Origin: Octopus sinensis
Taxonomy: Eukaryota
Assembly (NCBI RefSeq): GCF_006345805.1
Contig: NC_042998.1
Span: 153,264,001-153,328,000, forward strand
Reading direction: 5' to 3'
Length of the DNA: 64,000 nucleotides
In this document: positions 1 to 12,586 of the stretch, one piece after another
Layout of the letters: each line of letters opens with the position of its first letter
Position numbering within the stretch: position 1 is the first letter of the stretch
Position numbers and translations under genes: made by a program
Notes under the pieces: model-generated
What the model was told of the DNA's origin: nothing
What the model saw: the letters and a program-made list of their open reading frames with translations, nothing else
Databases searched by the model: none

Positions 1-912
1 TGGGCATTAGAAGCATTGGATGCAGTATGCAGGAGAGACGATTGCGTTGGTATGATCATGTACTATGGACGGATGAGGAGAGATGTATGAAGAAGTGCCA
101 CTCCCAAACTGTTGAAGGAATCCGGGGTAGAGGTAGACACAGGAAGACATGGGACAAAGTGGTCAAGCATGACCTTCGTACGTTGAGCCTCACAGAGGCT
201 ATGACGAAAGACTGAGACTTCTGGAGATATGCGGTAACTTCGAAGACCCAACAAATGAAGTGAGTTCATGGCTTGCAGGACTGCCTGCTGCACTTGAGGA
301 GACCTATTGTGTCAAGTTCATCAACATCAAAATAAAAATCATATGGATATTGTAGTTGTGATATCCATGCCGGTGGCACGTACAGCCTCACAGAGGAAAT
401 GACGAAGACTGAGACCCCTGAGATATGCTGTGACTGTGAAGACCCGACAAATGAAGTGAGTTCATGGCTCGCAGGATGGCCTACTGTGCTAACCTTGGAT
501 CGTAGAGTGACCCGCTGTTCTCAAGGAGACCTATTGAGTCAAGTAGTCAATACCAATATCAAAATAAAAATCAAATGGAAATTGTAGTTAAGACACCTGT
601 GCTGGTGACACGTAAAAAGCACTGTCCGAATGTGGCAGATGCCAGCACTGCCTGACTGGTGTCTGTGTCGGTAACACGTAAAATCACCAATTGATTGTGG
701 CCGTTTGCCAGCCAGCTCTGGCCCCTATGCTGGTGGCATGTAAAAGCACCCACTACACTCACAGAGTGGTTGGTGTTAGGAAGGGCATCCAGCTGTATAA
801 ACACTGCCAAACCAGACTGGAGCCTGGTGCAGCCTCCATGGCTTACCAGACCCCGGTCGAACCGTCCAACCCAAGCTAGCATGGAAAACGGACATTAAAT
901 GATGATGATGAT
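1..912 (+). mobile_element. RTE-like LINE 3' fragment
   Basis: QERRLRWY..GRGRHRKTW C-terminal motif, family 3' UTR, (GAT)n tail. Internal duplication ~185-260 / ~384-468. Confidence 0.85.
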
Positions 913-1257
913 ATATATATACATGCACACATAAGTACACACACATATATATGCATATACCCCCAGTCTCTCATACGCATATACAATTATTTGTGTTTAA
1001 TTTTGTTCAGTAACATTTCAAAAATATGTGGGAGGAGAGGGAATCAAGTAAGTTTTTAACTGGTGTGAAGATATTGATAATGATGTATAAAATTGGTTAG
1101 TAATTTAAGATAAATAATTAAATAATAATAATAGTCAGATGGATATTAAGAATAAACACATTATTAGATACATATATATATACACATACACATACAAGTG
1201 TAAATAAATAAATAAATAGTCACATATTGATTTGAATAATATATGCGCATATATATA

Positions 1258-1295
<38 letters not shown>

Positions 1296-1298
<3 letters not shown>

Positions 1299-2933
1299 TA
1301 TTATAAAAGGCAGATTTTATCTGCTTCCCTTTGTATCTTATAGAAATCTACAATATAGGATTTCTTCAATTACAATTTACCTAGCATTTTTAAGAGTAGA
1401 ATGCATCGGGTCGTGCCAGGTCCACTTTTTAAAATTTCAACCCCAATTAAGCAAAATTCAGAGAAAACTCACATTGTGGTGTATGAGTCAAATGCTTCTC
1501 TTAGTGTGGGATACAGCACACGCAAACGCACACACACAGTGTGCAACGAATAAAGTGAAAGTGATTCACTTTCTGTAGTGAGTGACTCTTTCACTCTGCC
1601 TCCCACTTCCTCTTTACACACATAGACACGCAAATATATAAATAAAATTGTAAGCTAACGTGCGTGTGTGTGAGTGTGTGTGTGTGTGTGTGTGTGCGTG
1701 TGTGAGAGTGCGTGTGTGTGCGTGCGTGAGTGTGTGACAGGAAAGTTTTTTAGGACGAATATAAGACCTATATCCAAGTAGCAGAAAGATCGCCCAAAAG
1801 TGTATATAGATATTTAAATGTATTTATATATTCATCTATACACAGATGTATGTATAATGTGTGTGTATATATTTCCATAGAGGTAACCTTTCACTCCATA
1901 CAAAGTTTTTTAGGACGAATATAAGATCTAAAGTATATACAAGTAGCACAAAGATCGCCCAAAAGTGTATATAGATATATAAATGTATTTATATATTCAT
2001 CTATGCACACATGTATGTATAACGTGTGTGTATATATTTCCATAGAGGTAACCATTCAATCCATACAAAGTTTTTTAGGACGAAAATATTTATATATAAA
2101 AGAAAGGTTGTGTGTCTGTCTACTCCGATTTACATTCCTAACTACTCCCACATTTTGCGATGCAGTTTAACCAAAACCGGGTATCTTATAGTCGTGATTC
2201 ATATCGAGCCCTTCTGGGTATTAGCGCGCATCTACGATGAGTCTATGATTTTACAAATAATTTACCATCATTTTTTTCCATTTTAATGCATATTTTTTTT
2301 AATAAAGGGAAGTAACTCTCAAACTTCACACCAATATGCGTGCTCATATGCGACATAATATCACATCAGCAGCATTTCCTCACACCCTCCTTGCACTTGG
2401 CGAAGGCAAAATACCAGGGGATGAAAATGGTAATATTGTCATCGATTCCATTTGTACCATTGTTAAGACACCTTCTGATCTCAGAGATGCAGTGTTCCCA
2501 GATCTACAAGCTAATTATCAGAATATGGATTGGATTGGCAAAAAGGCTATACTGGCCCCGAGGAATAAAACTGTTCACCATATTAATGATGAAATGCTAA
2601 AACTCGTTCCTGGGGAAGTCTATGTATATCAGTCTATTGATACAACTCCTGACCCAGAGGACGTCATCAACTATCCAATAGAGGTACTCAATTCCTTTGA
2701 GCACCCTGGACTACCACCACACTTTCTTAAACTTAAAGTTGGTGCCCCTATAATGCTCATCAGAAATTTGGTTCCCCCAAAACAATGCAATGGCACACGT
2801 TTGATCGTTAAGTCCTTATCTCCCACCGTAAACTTATATCAATATTTGCCTGAATAATCATCATAATTCAGTGCAATCATTAACAGTACTTTCAAGCAAT
2901 TCAGCCCCGAGCAACGCCGGGCAATTCTGCTAG
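1296..2933 (+). mobile_element. non-autonomous Helitron with PIF1-like helicase fragment
   Basis: 5' TC within (TA)n. 3' GC-rich hairpin gcccc-gagcaacgcc-gggc then CTAG|T. ORF 2336-2857 has AILAPRN, LPPHFLKLKVGAPIMLIRNL, CNGTRL. ~160-bp internal tandem duplication at ~1741-2083. Confidence 0.85.
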
Positions 2934-3052
2934 TATATATATACACACACATCTATATATGCATACACATATACATATACATACTTACACACATACACAT
3001 GTAAATATGTGTATATATGTATATATAAATATAAATATATATATATTAATGG

Positions 3053-4160
3053 TACCTTTCCTTCATTGGACACTAAACACTGCTTGTGAAGACCTGTTGA
3101 GGCAAGTGAAATCGAAATCAAATTCAATGACTAGCATCCACGCTAGTGGAGCGCTAAGAGCACCATCCAAGCGTGATCATTGCCAGAGTGATTGGGGGAC
3201 CCTGGTAAAGACTTTCTCCATGTCAACGAAAGCCAGGTACAGAGGCTTATCTTTGGCTAGGTAGTTCTCTTGCAGCTGTCTCACCAGAAATATGGCATCA
3301 GTGGTGCTTTTCCCTGGCACGAAACCAAACTGTATCTCATCCAAGCTGACTCTCTCCCTAATCAGTTGGGCTATGACCCTCTCCGTAACCTTCATTACCT
3401 GATCCAACAGCTTGATACCTCTGTAATTATTTGTATCTAAAGCATCACCTTTACCTTTGTAGCAGTTGGCTATTATGCTGCTACACCAGTCATTGGGTAT
3501 GACTCCTTTGTGTATCACCTGGTTAACTATACGGGTGACTAGGCTATAGCCGACACTACCAGATATTTTGAGCATCTCTGCAGTAATTCCTGATTGGCCT
3601 GGGGCTTTCCCTGTCTTCATGCTTCTAATTGCCTTAACTACTAAGGAACTGTCAACTCGGATAGCTGGTCCCTTTGTTGGGTCGACATTCCTCAGACTCT
3701 CTTTATGCCATTCATTTTCCTTATTTAACAGCCTCTCATAATGGTGTCTCCAAACCTCTCTCTTTGCATCCTCATTCAGCATAAGTGAGCCATCATCCAT
3801 GCGAACACATTTCTCTCCTACCACATCACGATTCTCTCTCTCACACTGTCTTGCAACACGGAATACCTCAAGTCTTTGGTCCTCACAGCGCAGAACATTG
3901 GCAAATTTTTCCTTATCTGCTTCCCTTCTGGCTAAATAAACCTGTCTCCTAGCTTCTCTTTTGGTAGTCTGATACAGTTCCCTGCTAACTACCAGTCTAT
4001 GTTGTGGGGTACATTCTTCGCCTGGGAAGGTTTTGGCATTTATAAACAGCCATCTTTCCCTTTTCCTAGCAAGGGTGTAGTCAATTTGGCTGGTATGTCG
4101 GCCCAGTCGGTAGGTGACTAGGTGGCTGGTAGGTTTCCTGAAGTTAGTGTTGCAAACACA
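3053..4160 (-). mobile_element. rearranged RTE-like LINE fragment
   Basis: Minus-strand endonuclease end and RT N-terminus (QIDYTL, KAPG, YRGIKLL, QFGFVPGKSTTDAIF, FVDMEK) with an internal deletion, joined to a + strand 3' UTR piece at 3053-3185. Confidence 0.85.
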
Positions 4161-4169
4161 CATATATAT

Positions 4170-4385
4170 ATATCCTGTGTGACCCTTCTGTCCGGCATTC
4201 ACCATGATAGATCGGTAGCCACTACACACATTTTTTTTCTCTCCTTGTTTCTTTCTGTGTTCCTTTCTGTGGAAGAGCGTAGGATCGAAATGTTAAAGAC
4301 TTTTTCAATTCCTGAGCATTATACTAATACATCTCTTTGTTTTCTACACCACCTGTCTTCGTCTTATGTTTTTTTCGTGAATTCT

Positions 4386-4390
<5 letters not shown>
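4170..4390 (+). repeat. PLE-type terminal repeat remnant with degenerate hammerhead-like motif
   Basis: Flanked by (TA)n. cttt-CTGTGGA-agagcgtaggatc-GAAA-tg-TT-aaag at 4263-4298. Confidence 0.4.
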
Positions 4391-4421
<31 letters not shown>

Positions 4422-4789
4422 CAGTGCATTTCAATATGTGACTGCACGTCTATCATTGACGATTTTCTTTCTCCATCTTCCCTTCCTTGAACCTTTCCTT
4501 TTTCTATATTATATTTATATATTTTAAATGAAATAAATACGCTATGTCTTTATATATAGCTCATTATTCATTCACTTGCATATATATATACATATCGATA
4601 TATATATATAAACAAAACTAAAACAAAGCTGACTTTATATAAACATAAAAATAAAGTCTATAGACACTTCAAATCAAAGTAATATCAATATAAACAAAAT
4701 GCCCCAAATATGAACATCAAGCCCAACAATCAATTATACATGATAAATACTCTATATCTACTTATATATACATATTATGGGTAGCTATG

Positions 4790-4977
4790 TTTGTGCATTA
4801 TATATATACATACACACACACACACATATATACATATACCATACATACACATACACACATATATACATACATACCCATATACATGTATATATCTACATAC
4901 ACATCCACACACTCATATACATATCCATACACAGCTATACATCCACACAGCTACACATATGTATCTACATAAGCACA

Positions 4978-5023
<46 letters not shown>

Positions 5024-5300
5024 CATACATACATACACACCCATACAGCTAGACTAAAATATATATACTCACTTATATATATATACCTAGATACATATCC
5101 ATTCAGATATATATACACTGCCATATCTACACAAAGACTTTCACATATATAGATGTATACCTCTTCCCATATATAAAGAAATATCTAAAATAAAAATCTA
5201 AGAAAAAATATATACATATATCCCCACAGATAGACATTCATCCACACACACACATGTATATATACATACACACACATATATACATATATACAGCTATATG
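4790..5300. repeat. compound (CA)n/(TA)n microsatellite region
   Basis: Directly visible low-complexity sequence. Confidence 0.9.
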
Positions 5301-5528
5301 TACAGGACCGAGATACATCATCATTAAGTTCCTGTTTTTATATTCATATCATTAGAATGGGGAAACATTAAATTCTATTTATAATTTTAATTATTATTAT
5401 AAGAGTTGTTAATTTACTTTACAATAGTTAAAGATATCTATTATGAGGTATCAAAATGTCTATGAATTATAGCTCTAATAAAAAAAAAATCATTTATATC
5501 TAGTAAATACATATTTGTTTTTATGTAG

Positions 5529-5541
5529 GCAAGAACTTCAG
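5529..5541 (+). CDS. candidate 13-nt microexon of the kinase gene
   Basis: tttgtttttatgtag|gcaagaacttcag|gttaag in non-repetitive intron. Read as ARTS+g, its end phase matches the 9570 exon. Confidence 0.35.
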
Positions 5542-6324
5542 GTTAAGTAAAGGAAATGTCGCTATGCAGATAAATAATTTCTCATTCAAACAAAGATGGC
5601 ACTTCCTATTACTTATATTGTAACTAGGTGCAGTCACCAAGTTATCCCATTCGAGATTAAAATTAATTTTTCTATCTTAAGTTCCCAAATGAATTTACTT
5701 AGACGCATTGAATTTTGTCTTTTCTTATTCCAAAATGTATATAAGTGTGTTGAAAGATACTTCTTCATTTCGTTTTTAGTTGATCCAATTTAAATATATC
5801 TATTATTAATTTCTGTGGTAACTTTACATTGATATACTACATTTTTTAATTTATATAAATCTTTAACCATACTGCTATCTATATTTTTACAATCACATGT
5901 TTTATAAGAATGATCATTTATATTGGTTTAGGAAGAGGCTTTAGATGAAACTGGTTTCTGATCATTCTTAATAATATTATGCTTATTAATGAAATACCTA
6001 GTATATTAGGGGAGTTATTATTAACACTCTCTATTTGAATAAAATAAATCTAATTTTTTTTATTTACAGAAGCTATAATATTAGCTAAGTTATGAGCTAA
6101 ACTATATCCTATCTATTTTTTTATTGTTAATAATTTCATAATATTATTTATATTGAAATGCTTATTAATTAGCCTATAAATACATTTCACCAAATTAGTT
6201 TTTATTTGTATGGCATATGGGATTATAAGCCATTTTATCTTATTTGTATCTACTTATTGCTGTTGAAACTACTAAAATTATTTTTATTCATTAAGTAGAT
6301 ATTATTTTTCATTTTATTCGGTTT

Positions 6325-6381
<57 letters not shown>

Positions 6382-6400
6382 TATATTATATATATATATA

Positions 6401-7131
6401 TCATTATAATCATCATTTAATGTCTGCTTTCCATCCTAGCATAGGTTGGACAGTTCAACCAGGGTTGGGGAAGCCAGGAGGCTGCACCAGGCTCTAGTCT
6501 GATCTGGCAGTGCTTCTACAGCTGGATGCCCTTCCTAACGCCAACCACTCCATGAGTGTAGTGGGTGCTTTTTACGTGCCACCAGCACAGGGGCCAGAGG
6601 AGGCTGGCAACAGCCATGATCGGTTGGTGCTTTTTATGTGCCACCAGCTGGAAGCCAGTCAAGGTAGCGCTGGCATCAGTCACATTTGGATGGTGCTTTT
6701 TATGTGCCACCAGCATGGGTATCACAACTACAATTTCCATTTGATTTTTATTTTGATGTTGATGTACTTGACTCAATAGGTCTCCTCAAGCACAGTGGGT
6801 CACCCTATGATCCAAAATAAGCACAGCCGGTCGTCCTATGATCCAAGGTACTTTTGAATGGGCTTGGGCTGGGGCTGGTTATGTGAAACTGGTGTAGGAT
6901 ACAGCCGTGAACTCACTTTATTTGTTGGGTCTTCGCAGTCACAGCATATCTCCAGAGGTCTTGGTCTTTTGTCATTGCCTTTGTGAGGCCCAACGTTCGA
7001 AGGTCATGCTTGACCACCTCATCCCATATCTTCCTGGGTCTACCTCTACTCTGGATTTCTTCAACTGTTTGGGAGTGGAACTTCTTCACACATCTCTCCT
7101 CATCCCTCCGTAGTACATGACCATACCAGCA
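6401..7131 (-). mobile_element. RTE-like LINE 3' fragment
   Basis: WYGHV...RGRPRKIWDEVVKHDL on the minus strand, 3' UTR, tail abutting (TA)n. Confidence 0.85.
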
Positions 7132-7164
7132 CAAACATACATACATACATACATACTTACATAT

Positions 7165-7203
<39 letters not shown>

Positions 7204-7216
7204 ATGTATGTATGTA

Positions 7217-7790
7217 TTGGGTCATCCCCAAAATGTGGGTTTTTTTAATACTTCTTTTATTTTGAAAACTGGAATAAACAATAATCAGATGGGACAATGT
7301 CCAGCTAATATGGTGGGTGGGGCATCATTTTCCCATTCAAACTGCTCCAGTCTTTAGAATGTCATCCTCACTGTATGTGGTCAAGCATTATCCTGATGGA
7401 AGAACACCTTTCATCTTGTAACCAAAAACGGTCGTTTTTCTTCTAGTACTGACTTAAGCCATTCAAGCTACTTGCAGTAGACTTCCTTTGTTATCATTTA
7501 GTTTGGGTTTAAAAGTTCAAAGTGGACTAAACTTTTCATATAAATAGAGAACAACACCTTACATAGGTGAAGACCATCTTTAGCCTGGAGTGCTGGTGTT
7601 TCTCCTTTCCCTACCCACTGTCTTTGATGCTTGACATTTTTATTGAGAGTCCATTTCTTCTCACCAGTCACTATTTGATCCAAAGAAAGGTTCATTCATG
7701 AGACATAACAGCAAAGAAGAGCATAAATTCACTCTCTGAAATTTGTCTAGCCCATTCTTATTCTAGCAACTACACTTTCTGTTCTTCCTC
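7217..7790 (-). mobile_element. mariner-type transposase remnant
   Basis: LDQIVTGEKKW, FHQDNA*PH and PHPPY motifs on the minus strand. TIR-like tattgggtcatccc at the left end. Confidence 0.75.
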
Positions 7791-7838
7791 CTCCACTGCT
7801 AAGTTGCTTACCAACTAACAGAAGCTATTTACTGCTGA

Positions 7839-8272
7839 TTTCCTGGAACTTGCACATTATGTTGGCAACAAGCCATCACTTGATTGTGCTGTTACTGTAT
7901 ATCTTTTTCTGAGAGATTTAGAAATGTAATATTTCTATTTTTATAGATTAGTGAATGTTTTTCACTTCGAATTAGCAGTGACATCTAGCAAGGCCAGGCT
8001 ACTCCACACTGATAAAGGGCAATAACTCTGAAACTAGTCAATGGATGCTGGATTTTGCTGAGTGGAGGTGCTAATCTTCCCTGTTTGAAAACATAAGGAC
8101 AGAGAAAGTTTGTGTCATATAACAGCTAGAAACGATGTTTCTTGGGGCTAAATAACAGTAACATTCCTCCCTTTCCTGGGACTGCCACATTATATTGGCT
8201 ATAAGCCATCACTTTATCATGCTGTTACTGCATATCTCTCTTTGAGAGATTTAGAAATATAATATTTCTATT
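7839..8272 (+). repeat. partial tandem repeat (333-bp period) enclosing a hammerhead-like motif; PLE pseudo-LTR or retrozyme-like remnant
   Basis: Diverged direct repeats 7839-7940 and 8172-8272. Motif CTGATAA-agggcaataactct-GAAA-ctag-TC at 8009-8039. Confidence 0.5.
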
Positions 8273-8275
8273 CTG

Positions 8276-8306
<31 letters not shown>

Positions 8307-8345
8307 TATAGATAAGAAAGTTGGTTTGTGAAAGCACGTGGTTGA

Positions 8346-8682
8346 ATATATAGAAAATAGTAAAAAGTGAAAAAACTACAGAAGGCTTAAAGGTTAAAAA
8401 ATATATATATTTGCATCAATATGTCTGAAGAATATAAAAAAATTTTTTTTCCTTACAATGACATAGTTTAGAAGAAAGACCGGTTTCGCGTTTAGCTTTT
8501 CAAATTTCTTACGACATAAGAAATTTGAAAAGCTAAACGCGAAACCGGTCTTTCTTCTAAACTATGTCATTGTAAGGAAAAAAAATTTTTTAATATTCTT
8601 CAGACATATTGATGCAAATATATATATTTTTTAACCTTTAAGCCTTCTGTAGTTTTTTCACTTTTTACTATTTTCTATATAT
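8346..8682. repeat. near-perfect palindrome (~165-bp arms, 5-nt loop)
   Basis: Arms are reverse complements around the loop cgaca at 8512-8516. Confidence 0.95.
8518..8556 (+). ncRNA. putative minimal type I hammerhead ribozyme, U3-A8 variant (mirror copy 8472-8510 on the - strand)
   Basis: aagaaa-t-TTGAAAA-gc-taaac-gc-GAAA-ccgg-TC-tttctt: stem I, core, G-C closed stem II, palindromic stem III. Confidence 0.5.
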
Positions 8683-8700
8683 ATATATATATATATATAT

Positions 8701-9062
8701 TCTTTTATTTGTTTCAGTCATTTGACTGTGACCATGCTGGAGTACCGCCTTTAGTCAAGCAAATCGCCCCAGGACTTATTCTTTGTAAGCCTAGTACTTG
8801 TTCTATCGGTCTATTTTGCCGAACTGCTAAGTGACAGGGACATAAACACGCCAACATCGATTGTCAAGTGATGATGGGAGACAAAGACAGACACACAGAC
8901 GCACATATATATAACAAGCTTCTTTCAGTTTCCATCTACCAAATCCACACACAAATCTTTGGTTGGCCCAAGAAGACTCTTGCCCAAGGTGCCATGCAGT
9001 GGGACTGAACCAGGAACCAGGTGGTTGGTAAGCAAGCTATTTACCACACAGCCACACCTGCA
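8701..9062 (-). mobile_element. tRNA-derived SINE
   Basis: Minus-strand head with A box tggctgtgtgg and B box ggttcagtccc. Same family as 25969-26387. Confidence 0.85.
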
Positions 9063-9081
9063 TCTATGTATTTATATATAT

Positions 9082-9340
9082 ATTATCATCATCATCATCA
9101 TTTAGTGTCTGGTGTCCATGCTGGCATGGGTTGGATGGTTTGACCAAGGCTGGCAAGCTGGAAGGCTGCACCAGACTTCAGCCTGTTTTGCCATAGCTTC
9201 TACAGCTTTCTAATGCCAACCACTGGGAGTGTAATGGCTGCTTTTACATGCCACCAACATGGGTGCCATTTGTGTGATACTGGTATCTACCATGACTGCA
9301 GTTTTACTTGGCTTGCTGGGTCTTCTTCTCAAGCAACTCG
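9082..9340 (-). mobile_element. RTE-like LINE 3' end
   Basis: (CAT)n tail and conserved ccatgctggcatgggttgga terminus. Confidence 0.75.
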
Positions 9341-9348
9341 GTCTTACA

Positions 9349-9424
<76 letters not shown>

Positions 9425-9569
9425 CACACACACACACTCACATGCGTTATCAGTTCTTCATCTAGAAGTCAGAAAACAAAACCAACCTTACATTAGTAAT
9501 AGTTTTATGTATGTTTTTTTATATCTTTATGTATGTTCATATTTATATCTATATCTATTTTTTCTTTAG

Positions 9570-9785
9570 CTGGTTCTTCTGATTCATTGTCAACATTAGC
9601 TGCAAAAGACAGGCATAGCAGAAGTGCCCATATTCTGCAGTCTATCAACAATCTTGAAAACAAGCGGAATAAAAAGTTACAGAAATCACATATTATTGGG
9701 TATATCACAAACAAAACTTCAGATTTGGATTTGCGTATTCGAGTGAGGCGAGTGAATTTCAGATGGCAGAGAGGCATTAAGATAG
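9570..9785 (+). CDS. MAP3K4: MAP3K4/MEKK4-like kinase, coding exon leading into the kinase domain
   Basis: tttctttag acceptor, G|gtatgt donor. Encodes ...RIRVRRVNFRWQRGIKIG, like MEKK4 'FKWQRGNKIG'. Phase 1 end joins the next exon. Confidence 0.88.
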
Positions 9786-9821
9786 GTATGTTTCTGTTCT
9801 TTTCACTCTTATATACTATAT

Positions 9822-9823
<2 letters not shown>

Positions 9824-9887
<64 letters not shown>
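9824..9887. repeat. (CT)n microsatellite
   Basis: Pure dinucleotide run. Confidence 0.95.
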
Positions 9888-9890
<3 letters not shown>

Positions 9891-9959
9891 CATCATTACC
9901 CTGTTACTTCCATTCTTTTGATTTTTCACGCTAAGTCTAGAAAAAGAGCTGTGCCCCTG

Positions 9960-10390
9960 CTTTTGCAGTGATACAAGTTATGTTCTGCCTAATCTGTTCC
10001 ATGTTGATAGTTGCTGGCAAGACATGAACAAGGAGATTCAAGAAGGCTTATTATCTGGAAAGGGAAAATTGAATGTTGTGGTGTGTGTGATCTGGTATTA
10101 GATACAAGGGTGATGATGAGAAGACAGGAAATGAATGGTTACAAGTGCATAAATGGAGGTGGGATAAAGCCAGCCACTTCCCAAAATAAATAATCTTTCT
10201 TTTGATGAGGTCAAAGATGTCTGTGTGAGCAGCATCAGCAGCATCCCATAAGTGGGAACAATGCTCCATTGCGGAGCTCACCTAAGCTTTGTAGATTGTC
10301 AGATGTTGTTGAGGGATGAAGTATTTTCTGCCCTCAAGAGAATGGCCAGTCTTTGTTATTCGCCTTTGTGCTGAAATTGTGCTTTCACAG
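9960..10390 (-). mobile_element. decayed CR1/L2/jockey-like LINE fragment
   Basis: LTIYKA*VSSAMEHCSHLW resembles the LYKA.VRP.LEYCS.VW region after the RT. Confidence 0.5.
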
Positions 10391-10392
10391 TT

Positions 10393-10435
<43 letters not shown>

Positions 10436-10436
<1 letters not shown>

Positions 10437-11625
10437 CAGAGAAGATAGTCTTTGTGTGTGGCAGATATGCAAGTGCAATAAACACTAAAAATGTACTGGA
10501 AATAGACTTCCACAAATGTCTTTAGTGGATATCCTTAGAAGTAATGGATAGTTTCCATTACCTAGACAACCAGATTAGAAGTGAAGGAAGTTGCTCTGAG
10601 AGCATAGTTGCTAGAAAAAGAAATGGCTGGGCAAAGTTCAATAAGTTATTACTTTTGTTGGTGACAAAGGGCTTGTTCCTCGGAGTGACAGGCAGTTTGT
10701 ATGATGTCTGTGTATGGATAGCTATGCTGCATGACAGTGAAACATGGGCTGCCACTACCAAAGACATGTGAAGGCTTGAAAGAAGTGAAGCCAACTTACT
10801 TCATTGGATGTGCAATGTCAGTGTACATGTATTATAAAGTGTAAATGTGATGAGAGAAAAATAGGGTATAAAAAGCATCAGATGTAGTATGAAAGAGAGA
10901 GGACTGCACTGGTTATGTGATGCATATGGATGAAGACAGGTGCATAAAGAAGTCTGATCTCTAATGGTGGAGGGAAATTTTGGAAGGGGTAGACTCAGAA
11001 AGACATAGAATGAAGTGGTGAGAAATAATCCTCAGATGTTGAGCTTCACAGAGGAGATGAGAAGAGACCAAGACAACTGGCGATTTGATGTACTTCAGAA
11101 GGCACTTTAAGCTATATAAAACCGAGACCATGCACCCCTACCCTTCCTGAAATACACAGTGTGCACCCAGTCAAAACTCATTCCACAACCCATCTTCCCA
11201 ACACCCCCTCACTTATGCTCATCATGTGTTGCATGCTCCTCTACTCTCCCTCATGTTCCTACCCACACACAATTGTCATGCCTTCACATATCTCCCATAG
11301 CCCCACCAACCACTCCATTTTCACCCACCATCATTTGCTGCAGTTATCTCTTCCCCATCTCTAAACATCTCCCCTCACACTCTTATGTAACATTCTCCTC
11401 TATCTCCTCTGTACCCTATGGGTATGTTCTGATACATCTCCACCACCATCTATTTCACTCTTTCCTCTTATCACGTTTCCTGCTGGAGTATCCAAGTGTC
11501 TTCTCTATAGTAAGACACCTATCTCTATCCTTCTATTATACTTCAACTGCTCAACTGGCATTCCAGCACAAAGCCACCACCATCAGCACCAGTCCCTCTC
11601 CAAGCCAAAGGGTCTTTGTCTGGTG
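10436..11625 (+). mobile_element. old, degenerate RTE-like LINE 3' part
   Basis: DSFHYLD...GWAKF...MLHDSETW with stops, followed by a pyrimidine-rich tail region. Confidence 0.7.
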
Positions 11626-11668
11626 ATGTATATATATATACAGGGTTTTCCAAAAAAATGTATACACG

Positions 11669-12586
11669 CATCATCATCATCATCGTTTAGCGTCCGCTTT
11701 CCATGCTAGCATGGGTGGGATGGTTCAACTGGGGTCTGGGAAGCCAGAAGGCTGCACCAGGCCCAGTCTGATCTGGCAATGTTTCTACGGCTGGATGCCC
11801 TTCCTAACGCCAACCACTCCGTGAGTGTAGTGGGTGCTTTTTATGTGCCACCGGCACAGGTGCCAGACGAGGCTAGCAAATGGCCACGATCGGATGATGC
11901 TTTTTATGTGCCACCGGCACGGGGGCCAGGCAAGGCTGGCAACGGCCGCGATAGGATGGTGCTTTTTACATGCCACCGGCACAAGGCTAGTCAGGGCGGC
12001 ACTGGCAACAACCACGATCGGATGGTTCTCTTACGTACCACCGGCACTGGTATCACAGCTACAATTTCCATTGATGTTGATCGATTTCGATTTTGATTTT
12101 CACTTGCCTCAACAGGTCTTCACGAGTAGGGTTTGTGTCACAAGAAGGAAAGCTATGCATAAGTGGACTGGCTACATCCCAGGTAGGGGCCACGGGTTAT
12201 GGTCTCACTTGTCCTGCCGGGTCTTCTCATGTACAGCATACTTCCAAAGGTCTCGGTCTCTAATCATTTCCTTGGTGAGACCTAAAGTTCGAAGGTCATG
12301 CTTCACCACCTCGTCCCAGGTTTTCCTTGGTCTACCTCTTCCACAGGTTCCCACATCCGCCAGGGTGTGGCACTTTTTCACACAACTATATTCATCCATT
12401 CTCACCACATGACCATACCAGCGCAAACGTCTCTCTTGCACACCACAACTGATGCTTCTTAGGTCCAACTTTTCTCTCGAGGTACTTACATTCTGTCGAG
12501 TATGAACACTGATATTACACATCCATCGGAGCATACTGGCTTCATTTCTTGCGAACTTACGCATATCCTCAGCAGTTACGGCCCAT
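11669..12586 (-). mobile_element. 5'-truncated RTE-like LINE
   Basis: WAVTAEDMRK...REKTRQ-type C-terminus, tandem-repeat 3' UTR, (CAT)n tail. Confidence 0.9.

Noticed and set aside
2336-2857. Host PIF1 helicase gene
   Set aside because: Intronless fragment bounded by Helitron termini.
11639-11668. Tc1-like TIR (tacagggttttccaaaa)
   Set aside because: The matching opposite end is only weakly suggested near 12670; insufficient support.
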